The notes under the pieces were generated by a model. The model was not told where the DNA came from, ran no database searches, and saw only the letters and a list, made by a program, of their open reading frames with translations. The position numbers and the translations under genes are program-made. 64,000 nucleotides of DNA, taken from positions 81,158,001-81,222,000 of the forward strand of contig NC_042998.1 of NCBI RefSeq assembly GCF_006345805.1. Direction: 5' to 3'. Numbering within the stretch: the stretch's first letter is position 1; every line of letters starts with the position of its first letter. The stretch comes from Octopus sinensis. Its lineage: Eukaryota. Below, piece by piece: positions 52,690 to 64,000 of the stretch.

Positions 52690-53037
52690 TGTATGTATGT
52701 ATGTATGTATGTATGTATCTACATGTGTGTCTTTATGTCGGTGTTGGTGCTGGGAACTTTCCTTCTGTTACAACTGAAGACGTGGCGTAATACTATAAAG
52801 CTTATTAATTTAAAAATAACCTTTATATTTATTCTTTTACTTGTTTCAGTCACTTGACTGCGGCCATGCTGGAGCACCGCCTTTAGTCGAGCATATCGAC
52901 CCCAAGATTTACTTTTTGTAAGCCTAGTACTTATTCTATCGGTCTCTTTTGCCGAACCGCTAAGTTACGGGGACGTAAACACACCAGCATCGGTTGTCAA
53001 GCGATGTTGGGTACACACATACCTACATACATACATG

Positions 53038-53101
<64 letters not shown>

Positions 53102-53265
53102 AAGATATATATATATATATACGTACATATATACGACGGGCTTTAATCAGTTTCCGTCAACCAAGTCCACTCACAAGGCATTGGTCAAGGTGCCACGCAA
53201 TGGGACTGAACCCGTAACCATGTGGCTAGTAAGTAAGCTACTTACCACACAGTCACTACTGCGCC
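52505..53265. mobile_element. Two opposed SINE family A copies (52505-52630 plus-strand head; 52830-53265 minus strand, full)
   Basis: Sequence match to family A. Confidence 0.85.
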
Positions 53266-56104
53266 TGTTTAGAAAAATCTTTATCGTCTAATTGTTTCAG
53301 TCTTTGGACTTCAATCTTGCTGGGGAACAGTCTTCGAGGATTTACGCGAAGAAATCGATCTTATTGTAGATTCTAAAGTCATACCAACATCTTAGCTTGA
53401 AATCAAAAATAAAATACTTAACTACCATTTATTCATTCAGCAATATATCCGGCTTTTTTTCAATCGCGGTCTACAGTTAGAGTGTAAGGTTTTTGTTTTT
53501 TCGTTAAGATCATTTAAAGTAAATTTATGAAATTTGCATTTTCAGATATCTCCTTTGTCTATTTGGTGAATATAAAACCTGTCAAGTTCTTCAAGAATTT
53601 TAGCAGTGAACATCATACATCTGATGCACATACAGGTGCAATACCTCCACTCGTAAATTGAAAATATCACATACAAGGATATGCCACCTTTTACTTCAGG
53701 ACTCTACGAAGAAAGTTTCTCCGCGTCATCTTTACAGATGCATCATAAGTTGCCTAGTCTATGAGACATTTTAAGCAGAGCGCCCTATATTTTTCAACTG
53801 AAATATAAGGGGAAAAAAGCTATGAAATTTTAAATGCTTTAGGTATTACGTATAACTGGTTTCTAAAACAGTTAAAATCTAGTCATACGACTACTAAAAT
53901 ATTTATTAGAACATGTATAATTATGTTTTTATTGATAAAGAAATTAACGAAGGCTATAATTAGAAACATTGTGTGAGTGTGTATGTGTGTGTATATGTGT
54001 GCGTGCATGTGAGTGTACGTGATTGTGTGTAGATGAACAAGTTATTGTGTATTCTTCGATTTTCGTGTTCTCGGCTTGAACCTAAACTCTCAAGATGGCG
54101 TAAAACTCATAACTAGCACTATGCATAAAATAGAATAAAATTACAGATGTTTGTTTGCGATACCTATTGAATTTTAAGTTAATTTTGAATTGTTTTCCAA
54201 TTTCTTAGCATAGGAATGTAGCTTTCCCATAAAAAGAATTCCCTCTTCCTTTGATTCAATAAAATATTCCATATATTAACCGAATATTTAGTATAATTTC
54301 GTGTTCGCTTCAAACTTTACCCACTTAATCATTATAGACAGAAACTTTGCGGTATGATTATGATTCATCAGTAAAACCTAATTAAAAGTAAATCATTTGC
54401 ATTTCATTTGGTAAAAAATCGAAAGAGTATACTGAAAATGGATAGGTTTAGAAATATTTCACAAAAATATTTGATAAAAACTAATCTGGTTTTAGTTTTT
54501 TTCAGATCAGGTGTAGAGGAAGATAAATTTATATTGACATATAGATTCTCAGATAAAAATATTCCAATAATTTTTTTACTGATTCTCGTAGCAAGCCAGT
54601 TTTCATTAGTGCTGAATTTCATAGAGAAAATTTTCATTATAATCATTTTGCGCTCGCGTGCGTATGAAAAAAAACGCCTGTGCTCTTCTATGTTGGAGTT
54701 TCTAGACGAGAATCTCGATCTCTCACGATAGCGTAAAATTCATAACCACTGCAGTGTATTAAATAAAGAATTTCTTTTGTTCGATTTCCTTCTGAGGGAG
54801 ATAATTATAATTTAAAACAAAGTCAATCTAAATTTAATAAATATTATATTAGTGAATCCAAATGAAAACTGACACCTAGGAATCTCAAGTCGCGAAATTG
54901 TATCAAAAGAGCATTATGATCCAGAATTATTTCCATCTGCACGACAAGCTCTTACAAACATATTCAAATATTTCGACATAATGTTCGCCTTTATAATGTA
55001 TTAAAAACAGAACAAATAATGCCTAAAGAGAGCAAATAATTTCAATATCTCTTATTAATCATGTATTAACAAAATTCATCAAAATTAAAAAAGTTTTGGA
55101 CAACATTTTCGAAACAGTAAATTTAGTAAATTTGGCAGTTACCAAATTCAGCAATTTAGCGGGTATAATTTTCGATTGTCTCCCCCAAGATCATAAAAAG
55201 CCTTGAACTCAGTTTTGAAAGTCATGAAAGCGCTTAACCGTAATCTCTTTGTTAGAGTTATTAGAAAAATAATCATAGTACCTGTTCATGGCCAGATAGA
55301 TTAGACGAGTTAGTTATCTTAGCTGCAACAGTACAATTACTATAACAGACAACTATTTTCCGGCCGCTGGACTTTCCCACCAATGGTGTCAAAATGACAC
55401 CATCGTAGAATCGAATGCATTGCTATTTGTCATTGGTGTTTCTACTTGTCTTTGTATCAGGTTTAACTACGATACGGTTTTAAATAAAATGTAGCTATGT
55501 ACTGTGAGCCAACTTACTGTTTTCGCAGTGTGCTTAGGACTAATGCCTGACTATAGTTAAACTCACTATTACAAGCAAATATAACTTTCCCTTTCGTTCC
55601 TACTTGCTGCAGTGAAATACAGCACCAATTTACATTTAGGTCAACCAAATGACAATTGTCTTGGTTACAGTGTGATATATTTAATTGGATACAAAAAAAA
55701 AAAAAAGGAACAACAAAAAGCGATAAATCAGAATCATTCACCACGCTAGCTGCAGCTCTGGTCCAGAGAAGCTGACCGATAAATCAACAGTATTTGTATA
55801 TTTTATAAACCCATTTATATTGACATCTATTGTAATTTATGAAAGCATGAATGCATTGGTGAAGCTAAATGTTTATTAGAAATTTTCATTTTCATTGAAG
55901 TACCTACATCATAACAATTACACGAGCCTCCTCTTGTCAGCTTTCCTTTCAGCATAAAGTCCGATCGTATCCTACGCCCGCCTGCAGACACACACATACT
56001 CATACCACAAACACACACACGCACGTACATACATGTATACCTACAGATGTAAATGAATACGTGTATATACAGATCTATCTATCTATGCATCCACTTGTCT
56101 CTAG

Positions 56105-56149
<45 letters not shown>

Positions 56150-56189
56150 ATATATGTGATGTGTATTTGTGTGTGTGTTTTCCTCTGTG

Positions 56190-56236
<47 letters not shown>

Positions 56237-56679
56237 GTGTGTGTGTGTGTGTGTGTATACATATACACATACTCACGCACAAACGCACGAACCCACCGAG
56301 ACACACACACATGCAGTTGCGCGTGCACACCACAAAAACTGATATATTAACCTACATTATCATCATCCTGGATCAGAATTTCAGAATCACCAGTTGTCTC
56401 GATGTGTTCTATTATATATTATTTACCACTCCCCTGTTAGTCGACATTAATGAGATATTGATTATTATGATGCCCGTTATTGTTCTGGCCATGTATTATT
56501 ACGAACTCCATCATGCACAAACAGCAACCCCCAACCTATTCCCTTAATCTCATTATCACCTTAATCTTTTTATCGTATCATATGACCTATTCATGAGAGA
56601 TGTTTGACTTCAAAGATAATGTGCAGTAGTATCAGCTTGGTTCGTTCAGCCAAGTCGATATCTGTCATCTTTTATCTAT

Positions 56680-57410
56680 TACTTGTTTTAGTAACCGGAT
56701 TGAAAACATGCTGGAGCACGGTTTTAGAAGAAGGAAACGACTTCACTACTTATTTTTATATCTGGTACTGACTCTATCAATCTCTATCAATCTACCAGGC
56801 TCTTATGTGAAGCTGTTAAGTTACAGGACCTAAACAAGTCAACACTGGTCATCAGGTGATGGGGTGCGCAATAAACACAAACAAAATGGTGCACATACAT
56901 ACATACATACATACATACCTACATACATACATACATACATACATACATGCATACATACATACATACATACATACATGCATACATACATACATACATACAT
57001 ACATACATACATACATACATACATACATACATACCTACATACATACATACATACATACATACATGCATACATACATACATACATACATACATACACACAC
57101 ACATATATACAAATACACACACACATATGTCTGTATGCACATACACAGAAACACACACAGACACACAGACACACACAGACACAGACACACACAGACACAC
57201 ACACAGACACACACACACACACGCACACACACATACACACACACATACAACGGACTTCTTTCAGTTTCCGTCTACCAAATGTATTCACAAGGTTTTACTC
57301 GGTCCCAGGCTATGGTATAAAACACTTACCGAGTGGGACTGAACCTGGAACCTTGTGGTGATTGGGAAGTAAAGTAAGCTTCTTGCTACACAACCACGCC
57401 TGCACCTATA
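56680..57410 (-). mobile_element. SINE family A with expanded (TACA)n/(CA)n middle
   Basis: Tail remnant CATGCTGGAGCAC and head remnant CTACACAACCACGCCTGCACCTAT. Confidence 0.75.
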
Positions 57411-57439
57411 CACCTATGAAAATGTGATTCTAAAATGCT

Positions 57440-57830
57440 GTAGGATGTAATGGTTCAGTGTGGCCATCAAATCAAGCATCAAAAGCATGATGTTGTTGTG
57501 AACAAAAAGAAAAAAAAAACTTGCATGGTAATCGACATATCATGTCCCAGTGACAATAGCATCAAAGAGAAAGGAAAGAATTTGAACAACTATGACAATT
57601 TGAAGTGGGAAATACACAGATTGCGGGCAATGAAGAGAATGGAAGTGATATTAAAAATCATTGGCACGCTTGTCAGTATCTTTCCTTAATTACCAACATG
57701 GCTCAAAAATATTGGTGCAAACGTAAAGTAAGAACACCTACAAAAATCATCATTGCTTGGAACGAACTGCAAGAGTTCTCCGCGGGGTTTTTGATGCATG
57801 ATCAGTAAACATGTCTCACTTTAGTCTGTT
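57440..57830 (+). mobile_element. Old Dong/R4-like LINE 3' relic (restriction-like endonuclease region)
   Basis: QCGHQIKH.K.D.VV...KTCMVIDISCPSD...Y.NLKWEI.R...MKR.EVI..IIG.L. Confidence 0.7.
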
Positions 57831-57904
57831 GGATAGCTGACACTTGCCCCTCCCTAACCAGCAAAATAAGTTGAGAGTTTTCATCAAAATAGGGATAATC
57901 CTTT

Positions 57905-58280
57905 CTACTATTGTCACAAGGCCTGTAATTTGTTGTGATGGGCTAAGTCGATTACATCGATCCCAATGCGTAAATAGTACTTATCTAATAGATTCCGAAA
58001 GGATGAAGCATAAAGCTGACCTCGGCGGAATTTGAACTCAAAACATAGCGACGGGTGAAATACCTATTACTTTATTATCCACGAGGGGCTAAACATAGAG
58101 GAGACAAACAAGGACAGACATAGGTATTAAGTCGATTAGATCGACCCCAGTGCGTAACTGGTACTTAATTTATCGACCCCGAAAGGATGAAAGGCAAAGT
58201 CGACCTCGGCGGAATTTGAACTCACAACGTAACGGCAGACGAAATACTGCTAAGCATTTCGCCCGGCGTGCTAACGTTTC
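57905..58280 (-). mobile_element. SINE family B dimer
   Basis: GACCTCGGCGGAATTTGAACTCA occurs twice, and the head CGTTTCTGCCAGCTCACCGC is at the right end. Confidence 0.88.
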
Positions 58281-58317
58281 TGCCAGCTCACCGCTTTAAT
58301 AATAACAACTACAATAA

Positions 58318-58822
58318 TATGGCTTCTGATCTTAACTGATTGGAAGTGTTATCATGTACATTGTTTTGTCTTGGTATAAAAGATGGGCTACAGCAAATAT
58401 TCTGCTCAATTCCACAAATTTGTTTGTCAGTTGTTTAACCAGTTGTGCATTCCCTTAGTGGCTGACGATATATACATCTCTGATGACGAGCAGAACTAGT
58501 GAGGGAGCATCATAGCCATGTGTTCAGAGGGATTCTTTGGGGTTTTGATAATTCAACTCTGGAAACATGGGTGTTTCGTTCAACATCCTTAAAGAACCCT
58601 TATTCAGGGACCTTTTGAGTGGGATGGGTTACTCGACTATAAGAAAATTCTAACTGGGCCCCACCTTCAAGGTCATGTGCTGTTTATCTTGATATGAGAT
58701 CACTATGTCGCGCACATATGGTTGTGATGCATGTGCCTAGTATACCCTAATCAGACGGCTATACTGGCTTCGTATATTTTACCCCAGTGTCACTTTGATG
58801 GCATGTACTGCTCTATCACTCA
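58318..58822. repeat. About 500-bp interspersed repeat of unknown class bounded by (AAT)n
   Basis: A partial second copy lies at 6645-6830. No ORF. Confidence 0.65.
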
Positions 58823-58864
58823 ATAACAACAACAATAATAATAATAATAATGATGATAATAATA

Positions 58865-58900
<36 letters not shown>

Positions 58901-58906
58901 TAATAA

Positions 58907-61230
58907 GAACTGGGCAAAAATAAAATAGAAGTCACTGCAGCACCAAAAGAAATATGGTCGGCGAACGAACAGCCAAAAAAAAGGAGTATGAAAATAACAA
59001 ACTCGGCATCTGAACAACTTTGGACCCCCATAACAACTGAAGAGGTCACCCAGGCACTGCAAAAACTAAGCAACTGGAAGGCACCTGGGCATGACAAGAT
59101 CCCCAACTTCTGGTTGAAATATCTAACAGGAATGCACAAAAAGCTGGCTGAAAACTTTAACAGCATACTAGCAGAGCCAGAGACAATGCCTGAATGGCTC
59201 ACGAAGGGGAAAACCATCTTAATTCCCAAATCAAATGAAACAACAAAACCAGAAAACTACAGACCAATAACCTGCCTCCCTACTATGTTCAAGGCATTTA
59301 CTGCAGTGATATCGCAAAGGCTGAACAAGCACCTGGACGAAAACAAACTGTTCCCAGAAGAGCAGAAAGGATGCCGCAAGGGCTCATATGGCTGTAAAGA
59401 TCAACTAATGATTAATAAAGCCATAACTGAAGACAGCCACAGAAAGAAGAAAGGCCTCAGTATGGCCTGGATTGACTACAAAAAGGCGTTTGATAGCATC
59501 CCCCACACATGGATTCTCGAAACACTAGCCATTAACAAAGTAGCACCAACAATCATAAAATTCATAGAGCACTCTATGAATAAATGGCAAACAGTCCTAC
59601 ACCTCCAAACAAAAGAGGGACTCATGAAAACCAAAGACATCCCCATTAGAAGAGGAATATTCCAGGGAGACACGCTCTCTCCACTCCTTTTCTGCTTGGC
59701 ACTGTCACCTCTATCTGATATGCTAAATAGAACTGAATGCGGATATAAATGTTACGGCAAAACGATCAGCCACCTTTTATATATGGATGACCTAAAACTA
59801 TACGCTGCAAATGACAAACAGCTGGAAACACTATTAAAGACAGTTCATGGATTTACCAAAGAAATAGATATGAAATTTGGATTAGAAAAATGCGCCAAAG
59901 TAACCATGAAAAGAGGAAAACTAGTTAAGAGTAACAACATCACACTAGATAAAACCAATGAAATAAAAGAATTAGACCAAAGCCAAACTTACAAATACTT
60001 AGGAATCCATGAACTAGATAAGACACAACACACACAAATGAAAGAGAAAATAAAAAAAGAATATTATAGACGAGTTAGATCAATACTAAAAACAGAGCTC
60101 AATGCTAAAAACAAGATAATAGGTAACAACACTTTAGCTGTCCCAGTTATAAGTTACAGCTACAATATCCTTAACTGGACACGAAATGAACTGTTCAAAA
60201 TAGATAGGAAAACAAGAAAAATACTGACAGGATCTAGGATGCATCACCCAAAATCTGACATAGAAAGACTATATATACAACGTATAGAAGGTGGTAGAGG
60301 CCTTATACAGCTGGAAAACTACTATAAAATAACCACCATAGGACTGCAAAAATACCTACTTCAGAAGGAAGGAAAACTGATCCAGATAGCAGCAAAACAC
60401 GAGCAAAACAAAAAACTGTTCTCAGTATTTAAGGAAGCTGACAAATACAAACAAGAAATCATACCACCTAATAAACACAAAGAAGAAGAAGAAGAAGATG
60501 ATGAAGAAACACAAAAGCTATAAAACAAATGAAATCCAAACTAAAAATAGAACAGCAACGAGCCATGATAAAACGATGGCAAGAAAAGCCCCTTCATGGT
60601 AAATACTGCACTAAACTAAACGCAAAAGAAATAGACAAAGAAAAATCCCAGCAATGGTTGAGAAGCTCAGGACTCAAAGCAGAAACAGAGGGATTTTTAA
60701 TTGCAGCACAAGACCAAAACCTCCCCACCAGAAATTACCAAAAACATGTAATGAAAAGAAATATTACAAGTAACTGCAGAATATGTGGAGATGGACAAGA
60801 AACAATAAATCATATTATCTCTAGCTGCCCAGTCCTGGCTAAGAAGGAATATATTCACAGACATGACAGAGTTGGAACCTACATACATTGGAAGCTATGC
60901 CAACATTATGGAATAACAACAGAAAAAAGATGGTATAGGCACACACCAGAAAAGGTCACAGAAAACGAGAAAGCAACCATACTCTGGGATATGCCGATAC
61001 ACACAGATAGAGAATTAAGGCCAACAGACCAGATATAGTTGTCAGAGATCATGAAGAAAAAAAATGCTTTCTAATTGATGTATCAATACCGGCAGATGAC
61101 AACGTGTCTCTAAAAGAAATGGAGAAACTCTCAAAATACAAAGACCTGGAAATAGAGGTAACTAGAATGTGGAACCTGAAAACAGAAACAATTCCTATCA
61201 TAGTAGGTGCATTAGGCATGATAAAAACTA

Positions 61231-61233
<3 letters not shown>
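58907..61233 (+). mobile_element. 5'-truncated Dong/R4-clade LINE (RT, CCHC, restriction-like endonuclease) in (TAA)n
   Basis: NWKAPGHD, NYRPITCL, WIDYKKAFDSIPH, GIFQGDTLSPLLF, YMDDLK, CRIC...ETINHIISSC, RPDIV..LIDVSIP. Frameshifts near 60520 and 61015. Confidence 0.93.
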
Positions 61234-61273
<40 letters not shown>

Positions 61274-61308
61274 TAATAATAATATGATAATAATATAATA
61301 ATAATAAC

Positions 61309-61368
<60 letters not shown>

Positions 61369-61414
61369 CATAATAATAATAATAATACTGTGTTTATTCC
61401 GCACCCCATCACCT

Positions 61415-61825
61415 GAAGCTCAGGATTCAAAGCAGAGACAGAAGGATTTTTAATTGCAGCACAAGACCAAAGCCTCCCGGCAGATGACAACGTGTCTCTA
61501 AAAGAAATGGAGAAACTCTCAAAATACAAAGACCTGGAAATAGAGGTAACCAGAATGTGGAATCTAAAAACAGAAACAATTCCTTTCATAATAGGTGCAT
61601 TAGGCATGATAAAAAAATATTCAGACAAATACATAACAAAAACACCAGGACTTACAAACACATATAACATACAGAAAATTGCACTACTAGGCACTGCACA
61701 CATCCTACGCAGAACACTTTCCATACAATAATCATCAGAGCATCACAACAAATCACAGCACATACCCAAGGCACACAGAGCTGCGCTCGGTAGTGAAGTG
61801 AAAGCACGATATTAAAAATATACTA

Positions 61826-61828
<3 letters not shown>
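61415..61828 (+). mobile_element. Second, short Dong/R4 copy with internal deletion and intact 3' end
   Basis: Matches 60662-60726 then jumps to the 61089 equivalent. It ends CTACTG(AAT)n. Confidence 0.9.
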
Positions 61829-61911
<83 letters not shown>

Positions 61912-62685
61912 TTATCGTGATTTTGTAACACGAGGATTTAACCAAGCAACTAATTCCATGAATAAATTTTCTAATACCTTTTCTATCTGCTAAAGTTACT
62001 TCCACGTCAGCCAATACCATTCCATATCTTTACCTTTCCCTTGTGAATCTGTTATCGCAAGTAATTCAGAAAATATTCATTTTTCTAATAAACATGATTC
62101 CAATTCTGTTTTTCATAGGTAGCTTTTCCCACCAGCGGAATTCAACGCAGCACAGGAGCAATTAAATTCTCGTATATTTTAAAATGCTAATGTCATATTA
62201 CAATGATTAGGCTACCGAGCTGTATCAATATATATTTACCGTGGCACATAAGATGCACTTTTTTGCAAAAGCATCGTCTCTAGAAATCCATCTTGGTCCC
62301 ACATGCAACGTTTGACCTATATTAGATGCTTTAACGCATCAAAAACACTTTCTTCCTGAATATGCGCTGCTTTTATGTTTCTTTTATGACGTCTCATACG
62401 ATAGATGTTTCGGGCATTTTCACATTATGATATAACACAGCGTTGTGATTATTTCATAGATATATCACAGGTAATATCTATTACTAGAGATAAATCCAAA
62501 GGAACTACTGCTCTAGCGCTCTGCAAAAAGTGCAGCGTCTCCCTATTCATTTTCACATCGATCAGTATCTACGGCCCTACAAGCCAACAAAGGAACTGCT
62601 ATTGTTTCACTCGCTCTGCTACTGTTAGCAACTAAATATTCCTCAAATTATATCGTATTAATGTAAAACTAGAAAAGACATAATA

Positions 62686-64000
62686 CGAGGGGTGTAGGAA
62701 AAGTTTTGAGACTAACTAGGAACGGGGCTGCTAGGTAACTGAAACATTTTTTTCAGGTACGTACAGTCTTTTCGGAGTATTCTTGCTCATTTTCATGATT
62801 CTGATATTTTAATTTTTTTTTTGTTACAGATTTTTGAATAAACAAGTGTCGAGGTTACAAGGAAAATGGAGAAAGCTGAGTATCGCGCTGTCATAAAGTA
62901 CCTTCATTTGAAAGGCATGACTCCATCAGAAATCCATGAAGATATGGTGAGAACCTTAGCAGACAATGCTCCTACATATGCAACATTCAAAAGCTGGGCA
63001 AATGAATTCCAGCGTGGCAGGGAGAGTGTGGAAGTTAATCCCACACCAGGGAGCCTCTAACTGCAACCACCAAGGACAACATTGATCTTGCTCTTGGTAT
63101 GATAATGCAAGATCATCGAATATCATGTCGCCAGAGAGCTGAGAGACTGGGCATCTCAAATGAATGAGCAGACAACATTGTGACAAAAGAACTTGGGTTC
63201 TCAAAGGTTTCAGCAAGGTGCGTCCCTCGCCTTTTGACTACTGAACAGAAACGTACCAAGTGCACTTTGTCCACGAGCAAACTGGAACTGTTTGAAGAGA
63301 ATTTCTTGCTCATTTCATTACTATTTGAAGAGAATTTTCTTGCTCGTTTCATTACTATGGACGAAAGATGGGTTCATCATTACCAGCCTTAAACCAGAGA
63401 ACAATCAAAGTAGTGGAAGCACACACATCTTCTCCTACTCCAAAGAAGGCCAGGTCATTACTTCAGCTGGCAAGGTCATGGCGTCAGTGTTTTGGGATTC
63501 TCAAGGTGTCTTGCTGATCGATTACCTTGAAAAGGGTCACACCGTGGGCAGGGCTGTATTATTCTTAGCTACTGTAATGCCTCCAGGAAGCAATCAAGAA
63601 AAAAAAGCCCGGAATGCTCACTAGAGGAGTCCTTTTTCATTACGACAATGCTCCAGGCCACACCTCAGTGGATGTCATGGTAACAATTCGTGATTGTGGA
63701 TACCAACTTGTTCGCCATCTGCCTTATTCACCAGACCTAGCCCCCTCTGACTTTCATATATTCCACAAAACGAAAAAAATCCCTGGCTGGTTGCCATTTT
63801 GCCACTGACAATGACGTCATAGGCACTGTAGGAAGTTTCTTAGAGTCTCAGACAAAAGAGTTCCGCTACGCCGGGATAATGGCACTTCAGCAACGCTGGA
63901 GAAAGTGTTCAGCCATCGAAGAGGAATATGTTGAAAAATAAATCATCAGAAGTCTTGTACTATTTTTTTTTTTGAGGCTCAAGGCTTTTCAGACACTCCT
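62686..64000 (+). mobile_element. Near full-length mariner (DD34D, Himar1/irritans-like), degenerate transposase 62866-63940
   Basis: TA-flanked TIR CGAGGGGTGTAGGAAAAGTTTTGAG with an imperfect inverted copy at the window end. MEKAEYRAVIKY, CVPRLL, TMDERW, SAGKVMASVFWD, HYDNAP, YSPDLAPSD. Confidence 0.92.

Noticed and set aside
55518-55610. Possible upstream minus-strand exon (CTGCAG...ACA|GTAAGT)
   Set aside because: It could be a 5' UTR exon of the Kelch gene, but there is no evidence beyond splice-like motifs.

Overview
Eukaryotic, AT-rich, microsatellite-dense genomic DNA. The SINE/LINE repertoire looks like an octopus (cephalopod) genome; that is inferred from recognising repeat families, not from a search. 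Most ORF-track entries are microsatellite artefacts. Real content: many tRNA-derived SINE copies (three families, here called A, B, C), decayed RTE, CR1 and Dong/R4 LINEs, mariner elements, several Penelope-type repeats with hammerhead-ribozyme (HHR) motifs, and a minus-strand Kelch-repeat gene (one clear exon at 29264-29495, probable start exon at 49070-49138). The standout is at 30.0-36.6 kb: an ORF-less 362-bp tandem repeat, each unit carrying a variant minimal HHR (UUGAAAA core, palindromic ACGCGU helix III). A near-intact 5350-bp Tx1-clade LINE has inserted into it with a perfect 17-bp target-site duplication overlapping the ribozyme's extended helix I, so the LINE is bracketed by two same-strand ribozymes. 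About 2.7 kb further on, an ORF1-only 'half-Tx1' element has inserted into a SINE head with a 14-bp duplication. Coordinates of decayed repeats are approximate, and no folding or database search was run.
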